Assembly (NCBI RefSeq): GCF_006345805.1
Contig: NW_021832620.1
Location: forward strand, 1-32,052
DNA: 32,052 nucleotides
Direction of reading: 5' to 3'
Origin: Octopus sinensis
Lineage: Eukaryota
The position numbers and the translations under genes were made by a program. The notes below the pieces were generated by a model. It searched no databases, was not told the origin of the DNA, and saw only the letters and a program-made list of their open reading frames with translations. This document shows positions 1 to 10,004 of the stretch, piece after piece. Position 1 is the stretch's first letter; each line of letters starts with the position of its first letter.

Positions 1-244
1 AAATCTTCACGTCTCATTGGCGACTTCCTAGCAAAATACATCCCTGGACTCAAATTACATTCACGCATCCATCGCAAATAGACGCAGCTTCTTAATGTTT
101 TTCTTTCTTTCTTTCTATGACTCTCTTTAACATTAAGTCTTCTCCTTCAAACACTTATATGTCGAAACCGACAGGAGCGACCATCATAATATACATACAC
201 ACATACATACATACATACATATATTACATATATATATATATATG

Positions 245-395
245 TGTATGTATAACGGGAAGGTTTACGAAAATAAACAAAAGACGAAGGCAGGTGGAGT
301 ACAAACAAATAATTGTATTAGTATGGCGCTCAGGAATAGAAATAAAACAAGTCTTTTACTTTTCGAGCCGACGCTCTTCGACAGAAAGATAAGTG
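245..395 (-). repeat. Dispersed repeat, possibly a Penelope-like terminal repeat remnant carrying a hammerhead-like motif
   Basis: Non-microsatellite block flanked by simple repeats. The minus strand of 390-351 reads TCTTT-CTGTCGA-A-GAGC(gtcg)GCTC-GAAA-A-GTA-AAAGA. Family assignment is inference. Confidence 0.4.
351..390 (-). ncRNA. Candidate minimal hammerhead ribozyme variant (non-canonical core)
   Basis: Stem I TCTTT/AAAGA, stem II GAGC/GCTC, GAAA, and a GTA triplet. The core is CTGTCGA plus an extra A instead of CTGANGA. Confidence 0.25.
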
Positions 396-505
396 TGTAA
401 GTGCGTGTGTGTTGGATGAGAAGTGCATGGATTACATGTAATATTTTGTAAAATCATTACAAAATCATAAATATTTATATTCTTATTGATATTCAAAAAG
501 TGTAA

Positions 506-537
506 GGCGGCGAGCTGGCAGAATCGGCAGAGGTCAA
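506..537 (+). mobile_element. Truncated, internally deleted SINE-B head
   Basis: GGCGAGCTGGCAGAATC matches the 5' end of the SINE-B copies at 13909(-) and 15047(+). Confidence 0.55.
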
Positions 538-540
538 TCC

Positions 541-686
541 AGAACGTCTTCCAAGAAGACCAGCTCAGAACATTATCCTAGAACAGCTCCCCAGGATATC
601 AGACCAGAAGACCCCCCCCCTAGAACAACATCTCAGGACGCTAATCTAGACAACCTCTCCAGAAGACCACCTCAGAACATCACTCC
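541..686. repeat. Degenerate ~13-bp tandem repeat, about 11 units
   Basis: Units start with AGAAC/AGAAG/AGGAY at 541, 554, 567, 580, 593 and 606 and continue after a C-run. Confidence 0.75.
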
Positions 687-781
687 ACTGCTGCCCCCGC
701 CACCGCTGTCCCTGATGTCGCCACCTTCCCCTCCGTCGTACTTCATGTTGTTTACAGCTGGTGACGTCCCGTACCCATATA

Positions 782-1350
782 TACTCTTTTACTTGTTTCA
801 GTCATTTGACTGTGGCCATGCTAGAGCACCGCCTTTTTTAGTCTAGCAAATCGACCCCAGGACTTATTCTTTGTAAGCCTAGTACTTATTCTATCGGTCT
901 CTTTTGCCGAACCGCTAAGTTACGGCGACGCAAACACACCAGCATCGGTTGTCAAGCGATGTGGGGGGGACCACACAGACACACAAACATACACACACAC
1001 ATACATATATACGATGGGCTTCTTTCAGTTTCCGTCTACCAAATTGACCACCCCAGGACTTATTCTTTGGAAGCCTAGTACTTATTCTATCGGTTTCTTT
1101 TGCCGAACCGCTAAGTTACGGGGGCGTAAACACACCATCATCGGTTGTCAAGCGATGTTGGGGGGAAAACACAGACACACAAACAGACACACACACACAC
1201 ACACACACACATATTTATATATATATATATATATATAAGACGGGCTTCTTTCAGTTTCCGTCTATCAAATCCACTCACAAGGCTTTGGTCGGCCCGAGGC
1301 TATAATAGAAGACACTTGCCCAAGGTGCCACGCAGTAGGACTGAACCCGG
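782..1350 (-). mobile_element. SINE-A, 5'-truncated, with an internal ~195-bp tandem duplication
   Basis: Tail CTCTTTTACTTGTTTCAGTCATTTGAC, body ...CACTTGCCCAAGGTGCCACGCAG, and B-box remnant GACTGAACCC. The 847-1044 segment is repeated from 1040. Confidence 0.9.
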
Positions 1351-1364
1351 CATATATAATTTTT

Positions 1365-1481
1365 TTCAGGAGCCCTTAAACTACTATTATGGATCCGTAA
1401 TTTACTATTTTGTTGCGTGGGCACCCCAAAATCTTATATGGACATTCAGGAGCCATATGGACCCTAGTGAAGAACCATTGA
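1365..1481 (+). mobile_element. Possible hAT/Charlie-like MITE end fragment
   Basis: Ends GGACCCTAGTGAAGAACCATTG, resembling the GGACCCC..TTAAGAACCACTG termini of Charlie-type MITEs. No partner TIR found. Confidence 0.3.
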
Positions 1482-2112
1482 CGTAGAGGAATATCAACAG
1501 CAACAACAATGCTGGTTCGTCTACGGGTTCGATCGATTTGCTGGTAATAACAGCTAAATCTCAATTAATCATCTAAAATAACAAAAATATCAAGGACTCA
1601 TTGGAAATATTCTCTCTCTACACCTAACCATCTAAAGAAGAACTATACCATCTGCAGCATCGACACCACCACTAAAATCGCCGCCACCATCCCCCCCACC
1701 ACCACTACTACTACCACTGTAACTTCATATAACCAATATAACTATTGCCGCCAGCATCATCACCATCACTCATAAAACTACCATTACTACTGCTCCAACC
1801 CCCACATCACCATCACCAAGCAATCTGTCGTTGAGTGGGAAGATATGAGTGAACCCTCAAAGTATGGAGTTGGACGATCAGAGTGAGTACTCCATGAACT
1901 CTTTCCTCGACCGGAAGTATCTCATCCACTTAATTTTTTTCACAGGAAATACAAATACCATTCTGTATTTCATTATAGACACACATACACACACATATAC
2001 ATATGTGTATAAATGTATGTAAGTGTATGTATATGTATGCATGTATGTATATGTATGTATGTATGTATGTATATAGACATACATATAGAAAATGAATAAA
2101 AAGATGTAGGAA

Positions 2113-2143
2113 TGTATGTATGTATGCGTCTATCTATCTATCA

Positions 2144-2182
<39 letters not shown>

Positions 2183-2408
2183 ATCTATCTATCTATCTAT
2201 CTATCTACCTACCTACCTACCTACCTACCTACCTATCTATCTATCTATCGATCTATCTATCTATCTATCTATCTATTATCTATCTATCTATTATCTACCT
2301 ACCTACCTACCTACCTACCTACCTATCTATCTATCTATCTATCTATCTACTATCTATCTATATTCTATCTACCTACCTAACTACCTACTACCTACCTACC
2401 ATACCTAC

Positions 2409-2481
<73 letters not shown>

Positions 2482-2494
2482 GTCTAGCTATCTC

Positions 2495-2550
<56 letters not shown>

Positions 2551-2619
2551 GCTATCTATCTATCTATCTATCTATCTACCTACCTACTACCTACCTACCT
2601 ACCTACCTATCTACCTACA

Positions 2620-2680
<61 letters not shown>

Positions 2681-2730
2681 GTCTGTCTGTCTGTCTGTCT
2701 GTTTGGCTGTCAGTCTATCTTTCTATCTAT
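2113..2730. repeat. Compound (TATC)n/(TACC)n microsatellite, about 0.6 kb
   Basis: Seen directly; it explains ORFs 2112-2900, 2116-2487 and 2120-2380. Confidence 0.98.
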
Positions 2731-2757
2731 TTAACTTTTACATTCTTTCATTCATTT

Positions 2758-3130
2758 ATTCTTGCACTTGTTTCAGTCATTTGACTGCGACCCCACTGGA
2801 GCACCGCCATAAAGCATGGCAGTCGAAGAAATCGACCCCCAGTACTTATTCTTTGTTATCCTACTATTTATTCTATCGGTATCTTTTGATGAACCGCTAG
2901 TTACGGGGACATAAACACATCAGCACTTGTTGTCAAACGATGGCGGAGCGACCCTTCCCCCCACTCGACGGGCTTCTTTCTGTTTCCGTCTCTTAAATCC
3001 ACTCAGAAGACTTTTGGTCGTCCCTAAGCTGTAGCAGAAGACACTTGCCCAAGGTGCCACGCAGTGAGACTGAACTCGGAACCATCTGTTTGAAAAGCAA
3101 GCCACTTACTGCATAGCCACTCTGGCGCCT
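2758..3130 (-). mobile_element. SINE-A, full length, with no internal microsatellite
   Basis: The head (revcomp of CATAGCCACTCTGGCGCC), B-box, CTTGCCCAAGGTGC domain and tail are all present. Confidence 0.9.
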
Positions 3131-3184
3131 ATTTTCCCCTCGTTCTGGTATAACGATCCTCCATGTTTGTCTACGTTCAGTTTC

Positions 3185-3452
3185 CTTATTTGTCTCCATT
3201 GTCCTGTTTTTGTTCCCAATTTTGACCCTCCCTAAATCAAAAATTTTATTTTGGATGTTATGGGAGCAACTGTCTTCGAAGACGCATATTGTTTTTGAAT
3301 GCTCGAAATGAAGAGTAGATAGACAGCCGACAACGGATGAAGGGTCGTTCTTCGTGTTACTTGTCCTGTTTTCTATTTTCTCTCTCGTTGTTCGCGTATC
3401 TAACTCGTTTGTTTTCGTATTTCATGTAGTTTACAGTTGGTGACGTTCTGTG
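3185..3452 (+). repeat. Dispersed repeat family R1 (unclassified, possibly Penelope-like terminal repeat)
   Basis: Collinear with the revcomp of 7905-8185. Shared motifs: CAATTTTGACCCTCC, CAACTGT, AATGCTCGAAAT, ACAGCC.ACAA..GATGAAGG, TGACGT.CTGTG.CCA. Confidence 0.75.
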
Positions 3453-3475
3453 TCCATATATGCATATATATATAT

Positions 3476-3534
<59 letters not shown>

Positions 3535-3545
3535 CTATATATATA

Positions 3546-3925
3546 CTAGCAGTATCGCCCGGCGTTGCTCAGGTTTGTAAGGGAAATAACTATAAAGCAT
3601 TTTTAGAGAGCTATAGCCAAAAAATAGCAACAAAATGGAAAAAAAATGATGGTAAATTTTTTTTTGATATTTAAAAAAAGTGGAGTTGCGTCCCCTACAC
3701 AGTTTGTGGTTTGTGTCCTGATTCTCGACCCCATGTCGAATTTATCGATTTTTTTCAGAACTGGGGGAACTTTTCAAAATTTTCACTGCGTTAGTTTTGA
3801 ATTATGACATTGGGCTATGTGTGTGTCAAGTTTCATCAGAATCGGTTGAAAGCCGTGGTGAGGATGAGGGTACAAGCAAACAGACACACAGAAAAACCCC
3901 ACAGACAAACTGCCGTTTATATATA
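3546..3925 (-). mobile_element. Non-autonomous Helitron
   Basis: The minus strand ends in a GC hairpin (CCTGAGCAACGCCGGG), a short spacer and CTAG followed by T. The other end has CAAGTTTCATCAGAATCGG...ACAGACAAACTGCCGTTTATATA running into (TA)n. These are typical Helitron termini. Confidence 0.75.
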
Positions 3926-3977
3926 TATATATATATAATATATATTATAATATATATATATATCGTATATATATATA

Positions 3978-4019
<42 letters not shown>

Positions 4020-4032
4020 TATATATATAACA

Positions 4033-4071
<39 letters not shown>

Positions 4072-4195
4072 CATATAACATTATATATTATATATATACA
4101 TATATATTATATATATACATATATATATATATATATACATTATATATATATATACATACATACCTACATAAATACATACATACATACATATACCC
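3917..4195. repeat. (TA)n/(CATA)n microsatellite; a second (TA)n lies at 3455-3545
   Basis: Seen directly. Confidence 0.97.
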
Positions 4196-5461
4196 TCATG
4201 CCAAAGAGCGCAGGCCTATGCGTAGACACATAAATGTGTGTGTGTGCTTGTGTGTGTCTGTGCGTGCGCTAATACCGAAAGTCTGCGACAAGGTCGCTTA
4301 AGCATTATTTTTATTGTCTTTAGTGTAAAAATGCTTTCAACAACGTTTTGACGGAGTACATTTTATTCTAACGTTAGCTGGTCGTACACAAGTGTTTATT
4401 CAGTTTATAAAGCCGAAGATTCTATTGTAATTCATGCTGTAAAGTGAAGTGGTAGTGTCGGCTGCAAATGACGATATTGATGTCGTCTGCTTTCGCTTGA
4501 ACAGATAATGAGATGAAATAATAGAGGGATCTGAGGAAGTTAACTTAGAAAATGCTTTCAGCCTCAGTTACTTTCTACTCTGACGTTCATTCTTATTTAT
4601 AATCTACCTGAACTCTCCTAAGTATTTATTGAGTAGGGTAACCTCGCGGTCATAAAATATTCCTATGTAGTGGATAGCGAAGTTTATGAAAGTCCTTATT
4701 TCAGACAGTGTGGAGTGTGATGATACAACTTCCTCGCTAATCTATAATTTATTTACCATTAAACAGCTGACAGCTAGAATCACCTTCTTCCTTTCCCATC
4801 CGTTCCTGAACATTATCAGTCTTTTTTTCTCCAGTTTCCAGCATTCATAAAGGTGCCTTCGCAATAATTTGCTTAAAATCCTTCAAAATTCATTTAGCTT
4901 CCCTGTAATGCAACGTCTTTCAGCTATTTACTAAAATCCTAGTTTTCAACTCCTTCGAAGTAACTACGAAATTGAAAGGTTCATACTTAAAGGCGTAGTT
5001 TCTACTATAACTGATTTTTTAGGAGACAGCGAAAGATATTTCATTCCGTCATGGCTACCAACTATCTTCCCTGCATTAAGCTGCACTGGATATTGTTATG
5101 AAGCAACAATGTCTTCATTTTATGGAGGAAAATTTTCAGAATATTTGTCTGGAAGTCCCTCACCTCAAGGACAAAGTGATTAGTAGTAACCTGGCATAAG
5201 AATAATCTCTGAAACCACGAATTCTTTGAATTGATAAATAGGTAAAGGATTCATAATATCTCTAAGGCTTCTTGGTCTCCTAAATTTCTCTTCAGCTTCG
5301 GTCTTCGGGCGATACAAACTACCAGAATTTGTACATACCTCTCTCCAATTAGAGGTACAATTCTAGTATGATTTAGTTATCCTTGTAAAACTGTGCTAAA
5401 ATAAGGCCCTCAGATCTAATAAATTCGTTTAAAAATTTTCTAAGTTGTTTATCTAGTGACC

Positions 5462-5734
5462 TCTCAATGCAGAGAGGTCACAGCTTCGGTATTATAGGCG
5501 TGTGATTGGAATGTTGCAGGAAAGAATCCCAGGACAGATTCTTCGTCTGACAGGAGAAATAGTGGGAAGACCAAGAACGAGAATATTGGATAATATCCAT
5601 TGTCGTAGTTGATTCCGATTGGGAATCCACCTTCTAAGTCTAATAACGATTGCTTCCGATAGGAGCTTATGGCGAAGGGGTCCGAGGACTCTATGCATGC
5701 GACACTCCTAGGGATAATAGATGAAGAAGATGAA
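5462..5734 (+). mobile_element. 3' fragment of an RTE-clade LINE (Rex3/Expander-like), decayed
   Basis: One frame reads NAERSQLRYYRRVIGMLQERIPGQILRLTGEIVGRPRTRILDNIHCRS*FRLGIHLLSLITIASDRSLWRRGPRTLCMRHS*. This matches the RTE C-terminal pattern ERSQLRWxGH..RM...GRPRTRW.D...W.RLGI...DR..W, followed by a GATGAAGAAGATGAA tail. Confidence 0.85.
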
Positions 5735-6791
5735 TGGATTCCCATCTTGTGAAGTGTTTCCACTTAAAGATTCACCACAATTCCATGCATTTAAAAAAAA
5801 GTGCCAGAGTTACCCATCAATTATCTTAACATTGAGTTTTACACGGTTTTACATGCGGATTTCAATTTTATACATTAACACGAGACTTCATAGACTAATA
5901 TTCGACTTGATACCCTAACCTCAGACTTCAGGCATTAATAACACGACATAGGTTTTATATGAGACAAGTTTTAGGTGTTTCCTGTTCGCCATGTTAGAGT
6001 CATGTTTTTGAAGAAGAAAACTGTTGCAATTTACGTTTTAGTTTTTGTTCCTCAAAATCAGCTTACATTTTTTATACGCCATAAAATTAGTAACCATGTG
6101 ATATTAAGAAGTCTTGTTCTCATTTATTAATTAACTAAAATTTCTGCACAACCTTTAAATTTACACGCCTTGAAAAAAAAGATGTTTTCTTTTATTACAT
6201 CATGTCATTTTGAATTATAAGGATGGTAAAAAATTTAGAAAAAGAATCGACATTGCAAAATTACTGGAACACTTGCATACAGTCTGACTACGCGACAGTT
6301 TGGCGCAGAGTGACGTGGAAATTACGTCAGTTATTCATAAAGTTGATTAAAGAGAAGTCTTACAACATAACAAGAAGCACAAGAAGAAACAGAAAAGTCG
6401 CTGGAGGTAACACTGAAAGAAAACAAAATGAGACACAAGAAGACAATGTAGTGAAGCTTGAAGCAGAAAGGTCAACAGATGCTGAAAGGAGACTAATATG
6501 TAAACATCACTATACTTGACCGGTATCATGCTAGCATATATATATGTTTGTGTGTGTACATATACATATATGATTGTCAGATTGTGTGTATATATACATA
6601 TGCACATATACGTAGGCATGTATGAATGCATACATGTATGAGTGTGTACTACTTTAAATAATTCGAATTTATTAGAACATCTATTGAGTACTTTTGATGA
6701 AAAATATCTTTCTAGGATAAATCATGGTGTACTGTACAGAGTACGTATGTGTGTGTGTGTATTACACACACACACATGTATATGTATATAT

Positions 6792-7293
6792 CATGTCCCT
6801 GGTCTGCGACGTATTTCGTTTACAAGGGAGAGTACACCATACAGAATTAAATGGAGGTTCGTAGAACAACCAGAACCGTACCTTAAAGGAAGCAAATGAT
6901 GTAAGCTATGCTTGGCCGAGAAGGCAAGAAACCTGGAAAACGCTTAACCCAAGAACTTTCTTAAACTCCCAGAGAGAGGTGTTTAGTCGGTACCTACATC
7001 AGAGGAAATTCATGTTGAAAACAAGGGAACACTAATCATCTATACCCCGATCAGTTTTAGACGCAAGTGAAACTGATCTATGAGGGATACCTCCAGTTCG
7101 TCCAGATATTTTGTCAGTAGAATTTCGTTCCAGGAATTCTTGTTTCCAACCTGAACTGGACAAAGCGTGTTACTTCTCCAGTTATAAAAGAGTTATGTAC
7201 TATCAGCCAACGACTCTGACAATTTGCCTCTACAGCTAAGAGCTTTATTGGTGCGAAACCAAATCACTGTCTGACCGGTCATAACAAACATCC

Positions 7294-7295
<2 letters not shown>
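6792..7295 (+). mobile_element. Penelope-like element 3' fragment (end of GIY-YIG endonuclease plus 3' terminal region)
   Basis: PYRIKWRFVEQPEPYLKGSK*CKLCLAEK...PKNFL, then after a frameshift REVFSRYLHQRKFML. This matches the PLE motif IKW....PY..GSK.C.LC..EK...LN.R.E....C.H..KF. Confidence 0.8.

Positions 7296-7296
<1 letters not shown>

Positions 7297-7372
<76 letters not shown>
7297..7372. repeat. (CA)n microsatellite
   Basis: Seen directly. Confidence 0.98.
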
Positions 7373-7373
<1 letters not shown>

Positions 7374-7513
7374 GTTCAAATGCACACACAAACACAATAA
7401 AATTTATATCAGAAGCAACAAAGTGACTCAAGGGCCAAGTGTTTTGTGCGTAAGCATTTATCAAACTATATATATATACACACACACACATTCATATGCA
7501 TAGGTTTGTATAT

Positions 7514-7680
7514 ATAGGGGTGGCCGTTTCGTAAGAAGTTTAATCCTCAACCACATAGTTCCAGGTTCAATCCTACAACATAGCACCTTGATGGAGTGTC
7601 TCCTATTATAGCACTGGGCTGACCAAAGCTTTGTGAGTAGGTTGATGGTTGAAGGAAACCCAAGAAAACCCGTCGTATAT
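7514..7680 (+). mobile_element. SINE-A 5' half (diverged), running into (CATA)n/(TA)n
   Basis: TGGCCG..GTAAG A-box, GGTTCAATCC B-box, GCACCTTG...GACCAAAGCTTTGTGAGT...CCCGTCG. Confidence 0.8.
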
Positions 7681-7722
7681 ACATACATACATACATGCAT
7701 GCATACATACATACATACATCC

Positions 7723-7778
<56 letters not shown>

Positions 7779-7904
7779 ATATAATATAATAATATAATAT
7801 AAATGATATATATAGGCATATATATATATCATACGTATTTGTACATACTTACATCTATACGTATATATATATATATATATATAATAGATAATGTGCATAT
7901 GTGG

Positions 7905-8185
7905 GCACAGGACGTCATGAAACGTGTACAACAAAAATACGAAGTACGAGTACATGGAATATGAACTATTTTTTCGAACACCCAAATACAAAAATAGAAA
8001 ACAAGACAAACAACATAAAAAACTCCCCTTCATCAATTGTTGGCTGTTTTTCTACTCTCGTATTTCGAGCATTTAACAAGAATATACGCTTTTGATAAAA
8101 CAGTTGTTCCTGCAAAGCAAATTATATAAAATCTGGGATTTTGTGGAGGGTCAAAATTGGTAACACAAACAGGACAGTGAAAACA
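7905..8185 (-). repeat. Dispersed repeat family R1, second copy
   Basis: Inverted, diverged homologue of 3185-3452. Confidence 0.75.
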
Positions 8186-8534
8186 AATAGGACGGGCTGC
8201 TAAGCCTAAACGGGGTTGTGGTGGCGGACGTGTAAATGAAGCTTGGGCAGGAGACAGACAAGAACACGTCTTTCTCGTTCCAGCTACAACGGAGAAAAAG
8301 AAAGAAACATAAGTTTGAAGAGAGATGGCAGATGGTCACGTGGGAGCCACGTGAGCAAGGGAGGAGGAGCGAGGAAGAGAGAGTGACAGAGTAATAGGAT
8401 AGAATAGTGGGAGAAGAGGAGAGAGCGCATCAGAATTATTACGATAAAACTCACTTGGAAGAGGATGCGTGGCGTTCAATCATATAATAATATAATATAA
8501 TGCACATATATATATATATATGCACATACATATA

Positions 8535-8571
<37 letters not shown>

Positions 8572-8624
8572 ATACATGTATATCTGTGTGGGTGTGCGTG
8601 TCTGTGTCTCTGTGTGTATGTTTG

Positions 8625-8890
8625 TCCGTTCTCGAGCCATGCCTGGCTCATAAGGGTCAGTTCCTCAGTTTCATTGGCGTATAGGTTCCCCACCTGGACG
8701 GTCCGTCGCAGGTGATCTGCTAGATGCAGGAGGAAAGAGCGAGAGAAAGTTGAGGCCAAAGATTCAGCAGAACTTTCCCATTAACTTCTGTTGGAGCCGC
8801 GTGGAGCTTAGGTGTTTTCGTTTATAAACATAAACATCGCCCGGTCTGAGATTCAAACCCGCGAGTCCGCTGCTCTAACCACTAGGCCAC
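8625..8890 (-). mobile_element. SINE-C, diverged copy
   Basis: The revcomp GTGGCCTAGTGGTTAGAGCAGCGGACTCG...CGAAAACACCTAAGCTCCACG...ATGAGCCAGGC is collinear with 15550-15874. Confidence 0.8.
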
Positions 8891-8918
8891 CTGTGTTTGT
8901 ATACACACATATATAAAT

Positions 8919-9000
<82 letters not shown>

Positions 9001-9074
9001 TAAATAAAATAAAACATATGCATATATTATATACATATATGTACGTACCTACCTCTACATGTATATATACATGC

Positions 9075-9300
9075 ATATATGGATAAAGGACACCAAGAAA
9101 AAAAAAACGTCGAACACAATGAGAATCGAAAACATAAACACAAAACCAAGGAAATGGACATTTTTCTTAAACAACGAAAAAATAGAGTACAGGACATACA
9201 AAACAAGGAAAATTCCCCTTCTTCAGTCGCCTTTGTTTCATCTACTCCGCGTTTCGAAGGTCAAGGGCAAGCGAGTACGTACACTGATCGTCAACATGCC
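9075..9300 (-). repeat. Distant R1-related repeat
   Basis: TCCCCTTCTTCAGTCG...TCTACTCCGCGTTTCGAA parallels TCCCCTTCATCAATTG...TCTACTCTCGTATTTCGAG at 8025-8070. Confidence 0.5.
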
Positions 9301-9456
9301 AGAAAAAGACGCCAATGTCTGAAATCTACTTTAAGATATCACCATAAAGTATAAACGTAATCGATCAAATAAACGAAACAGATTCATGAAACGGTTCAAT
9401 TACATATCAATTGATTTCAAGATTAAGGTCCAATGCCTTTTTCTATCATGAGTGTA

Positions 9457-10004
9457 TTGGGTTGTCCGGAAAGTTCATGCAGATTTATAGTAGATTACCT
9501 TTCGACTTATTTTAGAACATGGTTGAGTCCAGAAAATAGGATTTGACTACACATCCATTTAGAGTACAGTTTAAGCTGTCTTTTCGTGGAAGAAGGTTTA
9601 TGTTCTTATAACCTGTGTTAATTCTGTAACCCTTTAAAATGGAAGATAAGAATGTTCATTTTCGGCACTTGATGCTTTGGGAACCAGACAAAAATTGCTG
9701 CAGCTCGGCTGGGATGTGTTACCCCACCCTCCGTATTTACCGGATATTGCTCCTTCGGATTTCCACTTTAGTCTTAATGGTAAAAATTTCAATTCCTTGG
9801 ATGACGTAAAAAGATACCTTGACGAATTCTTTTCCTTGAAACCCCCTCAATTCTGGGAAGAGGGTATTTTCAAGTTAAAGGAAAGATGGAGACGCATTGT
9901 GCAACAAAATGGTTCATATTTGGTTGATTAAAAATGTAATGGCAAGTATTTATTGATCCATTTCTTTCCTTTAAAAATCGGCACGAACTTTCCGGACAAC
10001 CCAA
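9457..10004 (+). mobile_element. Internally deleted mariner (Tc1/mariner, D34D type) DNA transposon, 548 bp
   Basis: 30-bp TIRs TTGGGTTGTCCGGAAAGTTC(A/G)TGC(A/C)GATTT with 2 mismatches, and TA on both sides. The N-terminus MEDKNVHFRHLMLWE (ATG 9639) is joined out of frame to the C-terminus TRQKLLQLGWDVLPHPPYLPDIAPSDFH...WEEGIFKLKERW (stop 9931). Confidence 0.95.

Noticed and set aside
1-80. Peptide KSSRLIGDFLAKYIPGLKLHSRIHRK* as a Penelope ORF end
   Set aside because: It is too short, cut by the window edge, and its orientation conflicts with the adjacent minus-strand motif.
1830-1960. Possible exon (MELDDQSEYSMNSFLDRK or VEWEDMSEPSKYGVGRS with a GTGAGT donor)
   Set aside because: There is no credible upstream acceptor, one frame has an in-frame stop just upstream, and the other runs out of low-complexity sequence.
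2112-2900. 262-aa [11 protein letters not shown] and the many YI/VC/HT ORFs throughout the track
   Set aside because: They are translations of (TATC)n, (TA)n, (CA)n and (TATG)n microsatellites.
6747-6778. GTGTGT..ACACAC hairpin
   Set aside because: This is a trivial juxtaposition of complementary dinucleotide runs, common in this window.
9677-9931. Functional mariner transposase or SETMAR-like host gene
   Set aside because: Only the C-terminal ~83 aa remain, out of frame with the true start, with most of the catalytic domain deleted.
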